From positions 2,848,001 through 2,912,000 of the forward strand of contig OY968762.1 in the NCBI GenBank assembly GCA_963695225.1: a stretch of 64,000 nucleotides of DNA. The letters are read 5' to 3'. This DNA is from Vulcanimicrobiota bacterium. Its GTDB lineage: Bacteria; Vulcanimicrobiota; Vulcanimicrobiia; Vulcanimicrobiales; Vulcanimicrobiaceae. A program made the translations under genes and the position numbers. The notes beneath the pieces were generated by a model, which had not been told where the DNA came from, ran no database searches, and saw only the letters and a list, made by a program, of their open reading frames with translations. Position 1 is the stretch's first letter. Each line of letters opens with the position of its first letter. Positions 9,134-18,732 of this stretch are shown here, one piece after another.

Positions 9134-9295
9134 GGTCTCACGTGCATCTGGCAGAGCGAACCGGTCGACGTTGCCGCTGCACGATCCCCGCGCGACGCTG
9201 GATGCCGGGCTCACGATGAGGACGGTCGAAGCAGTCTTCTCTGCAAGGGGTGCACGGCGATCGGGCCCGGGGTCAAGGTCCATCTCGTAGCAGGT
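9134..9295 (+). pseudogene. Decayed copy of the sugar transferase 3' end plus the ugd 5' end
   Basis: Aligns by eye to 33716-33918 (ctcacgtgcatctggcag...gtcttctctgcaagggg...ggggtcaaggtccatct) with indels and a ~40-bp deletion. Confidence 0.85.
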
Positions 9296-9320
9296 CGCCG
9301 CTCCAGCCGCGTCTACGAAC

Positions 9321-9402
9321 AAAATGGGCTATTTGGGTCCTTCCGATGCGCGGCGAGCGTTTGTTAAGCTCAGACGCAGACATAGGCGTGCGTCTTGGTA
9401 TG
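9321..9402 (+). promoter_or_regulatory. EPS-locus repeated upstream motif, copy 1
   Basis: ATGGGCTATTTGGG...TTGTTAAGCTCA; highly similar to 11556-11637. Confidence 0.7.
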
Positions 9403-9643
9403 ACCACGCGCATGTCGGATACTCGGCAAGAAGGTCGTACTAACTCCTTCTAACTTCTCTATTTGCTGCGACACGGCCGGCACGCACTCTGGACGAAGAC
9501 TGAGTGATACGCTCTCAATGGGAAAGTGCTCGCGGATCTCGGCTTCCGTGAGATGTGAGAAGTCGAGGGTATCGCGGCGCTGGAGTCTACCGCAGTGCAT
9601 ATTCCGCAATTCGACTTGATTCGGTGAAGATGGAACTACACCC

Positions 9644-10399
9644 ATGACTGCTGGCTGGTCTTCATTGCGGTCGGGGATTAGCCCTTATCTCCCCAAGGCG
9701 ATCTTCCGGCGCCCCATTCGCGTGAAGCTAAATGAACCAATCGTGTCCTTTACCTTTGACGATTTTCCCCGCTCCGCGGTGCTTGCCGGCAGCCCGCTGC
9801 TGCAACACTACGGTGGTCGCGGAACCTATTACGCGGCGCTGGGATTGATCGGCACGGAAGGCGTTCACGGTGCCATGCTGACCCGCGACGATCTCGAGAT
9901 CTTGATCGCCGACGGCCATGAGATCGGATGCCATACCTATTCGCACGTTTCCGCGCGGCGCACGGATACCGCGGGGTTTGTATCAGATATTTCTAAGAAC
10001 CGCCAACGCATGGAGGAGCTGCATCCAGGCCGCTCCATGAGCAATTTTGCCTATCCGTACGGTGAATTGACGCTACGGTTAAAGAGGCGGATGCGCCGAT
10101 ACGCGGATAGTTCGCGCAGTACCTATAACGGGATTAACCGTGGTTGGGCGGACCTCGATCTCTTGTTGTGCCAGAACCTTTTTGAGAATGTTCCTCTTCG
10201 GCACGTGAAGCAAGTGGTGGACGACTGCGGCGACCGGCCAGGATGGGTTATCTTCTACGGACATGAGGTTTGCGAGAACCCCTCGCCTTACGGATGCACG
10301 CCGGCGTACTTCGAAGCCGTCCTGAAGATCGTAACGAGAAAGTGCCGCGTAATGACCGTCGGCGACGCCCTGGCTTTCATCCGAAGTGTGCCGGCGTAG
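9644..10399 (+). CDS. Polysaccharide deacetylase (CE4/NodB)
   Basis: Motifs SFTFDD, HEIGCHTYSH, FAYPYG and FYGH. Confidence 0.9.
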   Translation: MTAGWSSLRSGISPYLPKAIFRRPIRVKLNEPIVSFTFDDFPRSAVLAGSPLLQHYGGRGTYYAALGLIGTEGVHGAMLTRDDLEILIADGHEIGCHTYSHVSARRTDTAGFVSDISKNRQRMEELHPGRSMSNFAYPYGELTLRLKRRMRRYADSSRSTYNGINRGWADLDLLLCQNLFENVPLRHVKQVVDDCGDRPGWVIFYGHEVCENPSPYGCTPAYFEAVLKIVTRKCRVMTVGDALAFIRSVPA

Positions 10400-10554
10400 T
10401 CTTGAGGGTCCGCGAGTTTCTTGCGATAGACTCCGATGCCTCGCGTTAAGAATCGGTGGCCTCAGACCATGAACATGATCGTGAGGTGGGCCGTTGCGGT
10501 GAGCAGAGCGAATCGTGTGCAAAGTGTGCGCACGTTGCGCTGTTGAGAGGTGGC

Positions 10555-11508
10555 ATGGAAATATCGGTCATCATTTGCACGCGAAACAGAGCAAGTCAGC
10601 TCTCCGAGTTGTTGACTTCGATGTGCGGCCTTGCTCATCCGGGAGTTGATTGGGAGTGTATAGTCGTCGACAACGGAAGCACGGACAATACGGCAGAGGT
10701 AGTGGAATCGTTTGAAGGTTTGCTTCCGATCAGGCGCGTGATGGAGCCGGCTGCAGGCGTCTCAAACGCCAGGAATGCCGGCGTTATTGCGGCCAAGGGT
10801 CGCTATATCGTTTGGACGGACGACGATGTCCTTGTAGAGCCGAACTGGCTCGCTGGATATGGGAGAGCGTTTAGGCGCTGGCCTGATGCCGCCGTGTTTG
10901 GCGGTAAGATCACGCCCCTTCTTCGGCCTCCGACGCCCGACTGGTTTCAGCGTGGAACGAAGTATCTCACGGATGTTCTCGGGGCCCGCAACCTTGGGGA
11001 TAAGCCGATTCACCTTTCCATGATTGACTACCAGATACCATATGGGGCGAATTATGCCGTCAGAGCCGCGGAGCAGCAGCAGCATCGCTATGACCCTTCC
11101 CTAGGAGTTGCTCCGGGACGTCGCCTTGGCGGGGAAGAAGTCGACGTTATCAAGAGGATTCTGGAGTCAGGCAAGGAGGGACGGTGGGTTCCGGACGTGG
11201 GGGTCCAGCACATCGTTCCGCCTTCGCACCAGACAGTCGCGTATATCGCCCGCTATTACGAAGCAGTCGGCGAATACGAGGTCTATTCGGCGATCAGGAG
11301 CGGCGGTGTCGGATATGGGCCAATCTCACTGCTCATCTTGGCTGCGACGGTCCCAGCCAGTTTTATCGGATATCATCTTGCGCGCGCTTTGGGCTTGGGC
11401 ACGTGGGCCCGTTTTCTTAGAAGGTACGCCCGAAACCGCGGAGTGCTGAAGACTTGGCTACATTCGTTCCTAGTAACTGGTTTCAGAGAATCTCGCAAAG
11501 GCTTGTGA
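10555..11508 (+). CDS. Glycosyltransferase family 2
   Basis: MEISVIICTRNR, VVDNGSTD and WTDDD motifs; start ATG 10555. Confidence 0.92.
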   Translation: MEISVIICTRNRASQLSELLTSMCGLAHPGVDWECIVVDNGSTDNTAEVVESFEGLLPIRRVMEPAAGVSNARNAGVIAAKGRYIVWTDDDVLVEPNWLAGYGRAFRRWPDAAVFGGKITPLLRPPTPDWFQRGTKYLTDVLGARNLGDKPIHLSMIDYQIPYGANYAVRAAEQQQHRYDPSLGVAPGRRLGGEEVDVIKRILESGKEGRWVPDVGVQHIVPPSHQTVAYIARYYEAVGEYEVYSAIRSGGVGYGPISLLILAATVPASFIGYHLARALGLGTWARFLRRYARNRGVLKTWLHSFLVTGFRESRKGL

Positions 11509-11555
11509 CACGCCGCTCGGGTTGCATGTACGTGCAATAGACCGCACCTACAAGC

Positions 11556-11637
11556 AAAATGGGCTATTTGGGTCCTTCCGATTCGCGGTGAGCGTTTGTT
11601 AAGCTCAGAGCCAGACATAAGCGTGTGATTTGGTATG
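11556..11637 (+). promoter_or_regulatory. EPS-locus repeated upstream motif, copy 2
   Basis: AAAATGGGCTATTTGGGTCCTTCCG...TTGTTAAGCTCAG. Confidence 0.7.
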
Positions 11638-11751
11638 GGCATTCGTTGTGTCACATAGGCGATGCGAAAATGGTAGTAAGTCCTACTTCTCGATGTGTTG
11701 CGAAGCGATCGGGTTCAGGCGCGCAGTCCTTGCTTGGTCAAGGCCCCGCTG

Positions 11752-12384
11752 ATGGATGATCCGGCGGAAAGCATGATTGTGGCGCCGGACGTATTCGTCT
11801 ACCGGCGATTGTCGGCGGAAGGTCGCCTGCGGCGCGCTGTCGATATCGCCGGCGCTTTAGTACTAGGCATGGTTGCATTGCCGATCCTGCTTTTCGCATG
11901 CATTGCGATCTACGTTGAGGACGGAACGCCGTTTGTCTTCCGGCAACAGCGCGTCGGCCAGTTCGGACGGCTGTTCACAATCTTCAAGCTTCGGACGATG
12001 CGGGCGGCCACGTGCGGTGAGGCTTATAAGCCGAAACGGGGGGACTCGCGGATCACGCGCGTCGGTGCGGTCCTTCGGAAGCTTTCGATCGATGAGCTGC
12101 CGCAGCTTTTCAACGTGTTGCGCGGGGACATGGCGATCGTCGGCCCGCGGCCGGAGATGCCGTTCATCGTACGCCGGTACGAGAACTGGCAGCACTTGCG
12201 GCTGCTGGCGAAGCCCGGCCTGACGTGCATCTGGCAAGCGAAGTGCCGGTCGACGGTCCCGCTCGATCATCCTCGGGCGACGCTGATGGACCTCGACTAC
12301 ATCGAACGCGCGTCGCCGGCGATGGATACCGAGCTCATCCTGCGGACGATCGGCGCCGTTTTCTCAACGCGGGGAGCACGGTAA
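11752..12384 (+). CDS. Priming sugar transferase (monotopic phosphoglycosyl transferase, Bac_transf)
   Basis: Motifs FKLRTM, SIDELPQLFNVLRGDM, VGPRPE and KPGLT. Confidence 0.92.
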   Translation: MDDPAESMIVAPDVFVYRRLSAEGRLRRAVDIAGALVLGMVALPILLFACIAIYVEDGTPFVFRQQRVGQFGRLFTIFKLRTMRAATCGEAYKPKRGDSRITRVGAVLRKLSIDELPQLFNVLRGDMAIVGPRPEMPFIVRRYENWQHLRLLAKPGLTCIWQAKCRSTVPLDHPRATLMDLDYIERASPAMDTELILRTIGAVFSTRGAR

Positions 12385-12386
12385 AC

Positions 12387-12467
12387 GTGATCAGATCAGG
12401 ATCGATCTGCGTCGTAGGAACGTGTACGTTCTTGCGAACGAAGTCGCGAGCGTCTGCGGCGCGCTAG
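12387..12467 (+). pseudogene. Truncated remnant of the UDP-glucose dehydrogenase N-terminus
   Basis: Reads VIRSGSICVVGT, against VIRSGSRSICVVGTGYVG at 33881, in the same position after the sugar transferase; then diverges and stops. Confidence 0.7.
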
Positions 12468-12567
12468 GAACGGCTGTGGACGACTATCAAGGCATCGTGC
12501 GGCGACTTACTGGAACGGATGAATTCGATGCGTTTCCCGGCGAGGGACGGCCAGCGGAAGCGCTCTG

Positions 12568-13638
12568 ATGCGAATCCTGCATCTGCTCAACACGCACGTG
12601 GACGCGGGAAACGGCATCGTCAACGTGGCGATCGATCTCGCGTGCCTACAGGCGAAAATGGGACATTCGGTCGCGATCGCGTCGAGCAGAGGCGATTTCA
12701 GGGCGCTGCTCGCGGCGCACGGCGTAGAAATATTTTCACTGCCGCTTCCGGTGGGCTGCTCCGCGGCGCGCTTGGGTCGCGCGACGGAACTCCCGAAGGG
12801 CGTCCTCGGTTTGCGCCGCGTGGTGCGGTGCTGGAAGCCCGACATCGTGCACGCGCACATGGTCACCGGCCTCGTCGTCGTTCGCTTGGGGTTCCTGCGC
12901 CCTCCGTTTCGGCTGGTGAGTACGGTGCACAACGAGTTTCAGCGCGGCGCGCCGCTGATGGGTTTGGCCGATCGCGTTATCGCCGTCAGCCAAGCTGTCG
13001 CGGCGAATCTGCGGCGGCGCGGCATTCGCGCGCGCAAGATCGCCGTTGTTCCGAACGGCCCGCTCGAGACGCCGCGCCGCGCGAGCACGCCGTCGCCGAT
13101 GATCTTGCAGCGTCCGGCGGTGTTAACCGTCGGCGGCCTCTACGAACGCAAGGGTATCGCCGACGTCATAGCGGCCTTTGAAATCCTCGCCGCGACCGTG
13201 CCCGCGGCGCATCTCTACATCGTCGGCGAGGGCCCGGACCGCGAGCGCTTCCGCGCTCAAGCGGAGCGCTCGAGCGTCGCCGCCCGCATCCACTTCGAGG
13301 GCTTCCAGCGGGACCCGCGGCCCTACATGCTTGCCAGCGACGTCTTCGTCCTCGCCTCGCACCGCGAGCCCTTCGGCCTCGTTATTCCGGAGGCGCGCGA
13401 GTGCGGGTGCGCGATCGTCGCTAGCGCCGTCGACGGGATCCCGGAGACCATCGACGGCGGAGCGCGCGGGATCCTGGTCGCGCCACGCCATCCCGCGGCG
13501 CTTGCGGCTGTGCTCGCGGACCTGCTCACGGATCGCGCAAACCTTGCAACCTGGCGCGCGCGTGCCGTCGAAGGCTTGGAGTGGCTGAGCGCCTCGCGGG
13601 CGGCGCGTGATACGCTCGCCGTTTACGCGGAAGCCTGA
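12568..13638 (+). CDS. Glycosyltransferase family 4
   Basis: DIVHAH, RKG and EPFGLVIPEA (ExxxxxxxE) motifs. Confidence 0.92.
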   Translation: MRILHLLNTHVDAGNGIVNVAIDLACLQAKMGHSVAIASSRGDFRALLAAHGVEIFSLPLPVGCSAARLGRATELPKGVLGLRRVVRCWKPDIVHAHMVTGLVVVRLGFLRPPFRLVSTVHNEFQRGAPLMGLADRVIAVSQAVAANLRRRGIRARKIAVVPNGPLETPRRASTPSPMILQRPAVLTVGGLYERKGIADVIAAFEILAATVPAAHLYIVGEGPDRERFRAQAERSSVAARIHFEGFQRDPRPYMLASDVFVLASHREPFGLVIPEARECGCAIVASAVDGIPETIDGGARGILVAPRHPAALAAVLADLLTDRANLATWRARAVEGLEWLSASRAARDTLAVYAEA

Positions 13639-13720
13639 GGCCGCTCCCGTGCGCGTTTACGGGCGTGGCAAGCCGGGGCGTTCGAGCAACGGGCCGAGAT
13701 CGCTTTGACTGAGTGCCCAG

Positions 13721-13768
13721 ATAGGCAATTTGGTCGCTTCTGCAGGGGGTGGAAATTTGCTAGACTTA
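13721..13768 (+). promoter_or_regulatory. EPS-locus repeated upstream motif, diverged copy 3
   Basis: ATAGGCAATTTGG followed by TTTGCTAGACT, with the TA hexamer 40 nt after the box start. Confidence 0.55.
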
Positions 13769-13854
13769 GCCACGCATCCAAGCGTGGCGCCCTAGGCGCT
13801 GCCTATTTCCTGTGAGCTGTGGAAGATGTTGACGACGCCAGTAGCTCGTGACCG

Positions 13855-15012
13855 ATGAAGATAGCGTGCGTGGGGACAGGATGGTATCCCCAGAACATCG
13901 GCGGCTTAGAGAAATACGTTTCGGGGATGAGCCGTGAGCTCACGAATTCCGGCGACGACGTGACGCTTTTCGTCACGGGAACACCGACAAGCTGGAGCGA
14001 TCGCGCACGCGTCTGGAGTTTCGGCGATCCACGAGCGACGGCGTTACGGCGTGTCATGGAGGCGCGAAAGTGCTTTGCGCAACACTATCGCGAACCGTAC
14101 GACGTCCTCAACCTTCATTTCGCACTGAATGCCCTTCCCGTTTTACCGCTGGTATCGAAACGCACTCCAAGGGTGTACCATTTCCATGGCCCCTGGGCGG
14201 AAGAGAGCCGTGTCGAGGGAGCCGGAGCGCTTTCAGCCGCGGTTAAGCATCAAGTAGAGCGATTTGTATTTCGGAGAATGGATCGATTCGTGACGCTGAG
14301 CTCGGCGTTCAAGACGGTGCTTAGGGATTCGTACGGCGTTTCCGAGGATCGGATAACCGTCGTTCCAATGGGAACGGATACTTCGTTTTTTGCTCCGGCG
14401 CGCGATCGGGCGGCGACGCGACGGTCGCTCGGATGGCCTCTCGACAAGAAAGTGATCTTTACGGCGAGACGCCTCGTGCGCAGAGTCGGCATCGCCGAAT
14501 TGCTGGAGGCCGCCGCGGCCCTGAAAGCCGCTGATATACCGATCGCAATACGCATTGCGGGAAACGGACCGCTGGCGCAGGAGATTCGGGATTCGATAGA
14601 CCGGCTCAATTTGCACGATATCGTGGAACTGTTGGGTTTTGTTTCCGACGAGGATCTCGTGCGCTGCTACCAGGCCGCCGACATGACCGTGCTCCCTAGT
14701 CAGGCGCTCGAGGGCTTTGGGACGGCCATCAGCGAGTCGCTATCGTGCGGTACGCCCGTTCTTGTTACGCCCGTCGGCGGAATGCCCGAAGCGGTCACGC
14801 CTCTCGATGCAAACTTGATTGCGCGTTCGCCCTCCGCGCATGATATCACAGATATCCTAGGCCGGGCTTGCACCGGCGCCCTTGCGCTTCCAGGCGCCGA
14901 TGTCTGCCGGGCGTTCGCCCTAGACCATAGCAGTTGGGGGTCGGTGTGCGCGCGGCTACGCGAAGTCTTTGCTCTAGCCGCCGAGGGACGCAGCGCGATC
15001 CGCGTCGCCTGA
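13855..15012 (+). CDS. Glycosyltransferase family 4
   Basis: GGLEKY, HFHGPW and EGFGTAISE motifs. Confidence 0.92.
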   Translation: MKIACVGTGWYPQNIGGLEKYVSGMSRELTNSGDDVTLFVTGTPTSWSDRARVWSFGDPRATALRRVMEARKCFAQHYREPYDVLNLHFALNALPVLPLVSKRTPRVYHFHGPWAEESRVEGAGALSAAVKHQVERFVFRRMDRFVTLSSAFKTVLRDSYGVSEDRITVVPMGTDTSFFAPARDRAATRRSLGWPLDKKVIFTARRLVRRVGIAELLEAAAALKAADIPIAIRIAGNGPLAQEIRDSIDRLNLHDIVELLGFVSDEDLVRCYQAADMTVLPSQALEGFGTAISESLSCGTPVLVTPVGGMPEAVTPLDANLIARSPSAHDITDILGRACTGALALPGADVCRAFALDHSSWGSVCARLREVFALAAEGRSAIRVA

Positions 15013-16230
15013 AGCCGTGACCCATTCCCAGGTCTTGACTGCCGGAGTCGGCAGGCCGATGCGCTGATAGAGAGCGCTCAGTACGCTGTCGGTGTAGTTC
15101 TTCGGATCGTGGAACGCCATGAGCCGGCCGAGACCCTCGCCGGGGCGATAATCCGCGCTCTCTTCCATGGCTGTGCGAATTGTCGCCGCGAGTGAGCCGG
15201 GGTTGGCGACATCGCAGGACCAGCCTAGGCGGAAGCGCTCGATTACCATGCCGGAGTACCCGTAAGCTCCCGCGACCACCGGGCGAGAAGCGAATGCCGC
15301 CCGGAGAAGGCTTGCCGATAATGCTTGCCGCGGATAATAGAGTGGTGCCGCAACATCCAGCGCGCATAGTCCTAAGCTGAACTCCTCGTGCGCGATGTAG
15401 CGGTCGATCAAGATGATCCGGTCCTTACGCACAAGATCTGCGTAGTCGCGCTCGATCAGCTCGCGGTACGGGTGCCACAAGGCCCCAGCCAACAAGAGAC
15501 GATCCGTGTCAGGGAGGTTCGCCGCACGGAACGCCTGAAGCAATTCCGGAAGAGCCTTACGCCGATCTATCGCGCCGATGTAGCCGATATAGCGTCCGGT
15601 GACGGGGATTCCGAGCGCTGTCCGCGCGGCACCTTTATCGGAATGAACGACCTGCTCCACAGGATCGGGCAAGATCTCGAGACGCTTGCGAGAGCGATAC
15701 GCTCGCTGCTTCCACTCTTCGTAGAGAAGCGGATTGACGATGCGGACTTCCGACCAGGGAGCAAGTTCTCGTGAAACACGAAAGACCTCGTCTTTGACGT
15801 GATCCTTTAGCGTCGTTACCGGGGCGGCGTCGCCGCGATGAATGATGGCGACGGAGTAAACGTTCTTTGGCAACGACCTGCGTCGAAAGGCTGAAAGAAT
15901 TGCGAGGCCGACGGTCTCGTGATCGGCCGACGTCAGGATCAAATAGTCGGGCCTGATTCGGGCTACGGAATCGAGTACCGCTAGCGCTTCGTTCTGCGCC
16001 GAGCGTAGAGGGTGCTTCGAAGGCTCCAGCGAGGCATCGAACTCTACCGTGGAAGCATAGCGCGCGAGTTGATCGTGAAAGGCCGGAGACTTCCAGTGGG
16101 AGCGCGAGGTGGTTACTACGACCTTTTGGAGCAACTCCGCCCGCACTAAAGGGACCAAAGCGCGGAGCAAAGTCCCCACATAATTGGTGAAATGCCCGTC
16201 AGTGCCGGGCTCGAAAATTTGGACGATCAT
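14974..16230 (-). CDS. GT-B fold glycosyltransferase (GT4-like)
   Basis: N-terminal DGHFTNY, GYIGAIDRRK, and a C-terminal GT-B pattern. Confidence 0.75.
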   Translation of the reverse strand: MIVQIFEPGTDGHFTNYVGTLLRALVPLVRAELLQKVVVTTSRSHWKSPAFHDQLARYASTVEFDASLEPSKHPLRSAQNEALAVLDSVARIRPDYLILTSADHETVGLAILSAFRRRSLPKNVYSVAIIHRGDAAPVTTLKDHVKDEVFRVSRELAPWSEVRIVNPLLYEEWKQRAYRSRKRLEILPDPVEQVVHSDKGAARTALGIPVTGRYIGYIGAIDRRKALPELLQAFRAANLPDTDRLLLAGALWHPYRELIERDYADLVRKDRIILIDRYIAHEEFSLGLCALDVAAPLYYPRQALSASLLRAAFASRPVVAGAYGYSGMVIERFRLGWSCDVANPGSLAATIRTAMEESADYRPGEGLGRLMAFHDPKNYTDSVLSALYQRIGLPTPAVKTWEWVTASGDADRAASLGG

Positions 16231-16544
16231 GTGCTCCCCGTGAAGTCACTTACGGCGCGTCGCGCGCGGAGTCCCTCGAGCCCTGCCTCGCAACCAAGAG
16301 CGCGAGCACGGCCTTGCGTGCGGCCTCGCCAGCGATCACGGCGAGCGTGCACGATGAACGCGCCGTCGCTTCGGCTCCGCGCCGCAATCGCAGCAGGGAC
16401 CGCGCCTGGGATGCGATGAATCCTGCTTCAGGCTGGTCCGGCGCGGGTCTCCGTGTCTCTACGCATCGCTCGCGTTCCGCAGTATAATCGGGGAGCTCGA
16501 CCGAGCTGCTAACAGCGTACGACGGAAAGGTGGCCGCCGCAAAC

Positions 16545-17315
16545 ATGGAGCGGGTACGGAGTATCGCAAAGGGTGCCCTCTGGGTTGCCTATCGCGCTCT
16601 GCTGAAGCCCCTCCTGCGCCCGATCTTTCGTGATCTTTCGTTGACGGAACCGATCATTTTCGGGGATCGCTCGAGGGTGGTCATAGCGCCGACGGCGAGA
16701 GTGTGCAATGCCTTGTTGAACACGCATTCGGGGACCATCACTATCGGAGAATATGTGTTCTTTGGCACGGGGGTTGCATTGCTGGCCGGTTCGCATGACT
16801 ATGAGAAGCTACTTAAGGAGCGAACCGAGTCTCAGCCTTGCGGGCGCGACATTGTGATCTGCGATGGGGCGTGGATTGCGACGAATGCAATTGTGATCGG
16901 GCCGCGTATTGTTGGCGAGCATGCGGTTGTCGCGGCCGGTGCTGTCGTTGTGGATGATGTGCCTCCGTACAGCATCGTAGCAGGGGTTCCGGCTAGGGTG
17001 ATTGGCTCGGTGCGTGCTAGACCTAATCTGGAGGGTGGGCCGCAGCCGCAGATGACGCGACTAGAACAACACGAGCAGCTAAAGGCTCGTAGCCCTAGCG
17101 ATCTTAGCTCTGCGGATGATGCCGGAAACGGTGAGAAGCAAGAGGGCGGCAAGCATGCAGAATTGGTACCATCGAACATCGACGACCGACTGCAGGAAGA
17201 AGCCGAGCGCAGGCAGGCAGAGGAGCAGCCGTTTCATCAGCATGTCGTCTCCGAGGGCGAACGGCAAACACCAGACCCCGTAATACGCGGAGCGCTGGGC
17301 GGCGAGCGAGGATAG
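16545..17315 (+). CDS. Hexapeptide-repeat (LbH) O-acyltransferase with a long antisense-overlapping tail
   Basis: ITIGEYVFFG, GAWIA and VVAAGAVVVDDVPPYSIVAGVPARVI; TATAAT upstream at about 16483. Confidence 0.85.
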   Translation: MERVRSIAKGALWVAYRALLKPLLRPIFRDLSLTEPIIFGDRSRVVIAPTARVCNALLNTHSGTITIGEYVFFGTGVALLAGSHDYEKLLKERTESQPCGRDIVICDGAWIATNAIVIGPRIVGEHAVVAAGAVVVDDVPPYSIVAGVPARVIGSVRARPNLEGGPQPQMTRLEQHEQLKARSPSDLSSADDAGNGEKQEGGKHAELVPSNIDDRLQEEAERRQAEEQPFHQHVVSEGERQTPDPVIRGALGGERG

Positions 17316-18464
17316 TGCGAGGGCGGACGATCGCAGCGTGCGTCGCCCGAGCAGCGAGGTGCAGATGGCTGCGAGCGCGATTGCGATCGCAGCGATGTGC
17401 GGGGGCGTAAAGCGGAGCCAGGGAGCGGTGGCGCCCTCCGATGCCTCGGAGAAGAGCGCCTGCGCGTATATCCCCGCGCCAAAACTGCATACGATCGCGA
17501 TGCCGCAGAGGGTTGTCAATGCGGCGAGGGCGACGCGCCGCGCGGGCGCGGTTGGAATCACGAAAGCGAGCGTCCCGATCACCACGAATGGAACCTTCAT
17601 GGCACCGGCGGCTACAGCGGCGGGGACCGCGAGGTACGGAGTGCGCCTCGCGATTGCGAAGGCGACTGCAGTGAGAATCACCGGGAATAGATCGTTATGA
17701 CCGTTTGTCACGAACTCTAGGTAAAGGAATGGGTTGAGGAGGACGAGCGCGCAAGTCGCGGGTTTGAGTCCGCAGCTCCGGAGCAGGATGGCAAGCGTTG
17801 CGATGGCTGCTATGCCTGCCGCCTGGAGCAGATGGATCTTCCCCACCAGCGTTTCGGCCCAGTGAAGGTACCACGTGTTGTACGCGAGCCATAGCGGACC
17901 GTAAGCTGCAGGAGGCATCGGCGTGCCCCACAAAGCGTTAATCGCGGAGAAATCACCGGCGAACGGAGCGTTGGGCGGCGAATATGCCCGCCATCCTAAC
18001 AAGTCGTAGCCGACGTACGAGTACATGTCGCCGTCGGTAAGAGCGGGCGCATTGAGTGCGACCGTCGCCAGCAACACGCAGGCGATACCGACAAGTAACC
18101 CGTCGATGCGGCTCAAACGTCCCTCACCGAGCTGGTGCGCTACGGCGATGAGCGCCACAGTCTCGATCAAGGCTACGACAAACAGCGCCGGAGTGAACCA
18201 CGCTCGGCTCGCAATGAGTGTCGCCGATGAAAAATCAATGACTGGAAACGGCAGCGCAACTCTGCCGGCAAGATGTTGCGCCCTTTCAATCTCGCCGAGA
18301 ATGCCGAGGTGTAGCGCGAATGCAAGCGGGAGCGAGAAGAGCGCGAATACGAAGAACGCCCTGCGTCGCTCAGGAGAGCATACGGCGAAGGGCGCCGTTG
18401 TCCAAGGCGGCAGGAGATGGAAGTATTCGGCGATGCAGAGGGCGGCGACGAAAGCGTAGAACAC
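17079..18464 (-). CDS. GT-C type polytopic membrane glycosyltransferase (MptA/MptB-like)
   Basis: DMYSY, PAAYGPLWL, GHND and K-x-P motifs with many TM helices. Confidence 0.7.
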   Translation of the reverse strand: MFYAFVAALCIAEYFHLLPPWTTAPFAVCSPERRRAFFVFALFSLPLAFALHLGILGEIERAQHLAGRVALPFPVIDFSSATLIASRAWFTPALFVVALIETVALIAVAHQLGEGRLSRIDGLLVGIACVLLATVALNAPALTDGDMYSYVGYDLLGWRAYSPPNAPFAGDFSAINALWGTPMPPAAYGPLWLAYNTWYLHWAETLVGKIHLLQAAGIAAIATLAILLRSCGLKPATCALVLLNPFLYLEFVTNGHNDLFPVILTAVAFAIARRTPYLAVPAAVAAGAMKVPFVVIGTLAFVIPTAPARRVALAALTTLCGIAIVCSFGAGIYAQALFSEASEGATAPWLRFTPPHIAAIAIALAAICTSLLGRRTLRSSALALSSLAAQRSAYYGVWCLPFALGDDMLMKRLLLCLPALGFFLQSVVDVRWYQFCMLAALLLLTVSGIIRRAKIARATSL

Positions 18465-18732
18465 AGGAAGGCGTTGACCTTGGCAGTGGCGATGCCGCCG
18501 TGGACCGCTAGCGACATCGCGCAGGCACTGGGACGGAGCGGTTCTTTGGTGCAGAGATCAGCGAGCGTTGTCGCGGTCCTTCCGCGGGAAGCTATAGCGA
18601 GCCTCCCCTCGGCCGAGCGGAGGCCTCACGAGATCTGATTCGCGGCGGCTGCGGAAATGTGCGCTATCGCACGTTCTATCACGCGCTATTCTTGGGAACG
18701 ACTCAGGGGCGGGGGGACGCCGGGGGACCGAA

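Noticed and set aside
9321..9402. ops/JUMPstart antitermination element
   Set aside because: No GGCGGTAG core in any copy of the motif.
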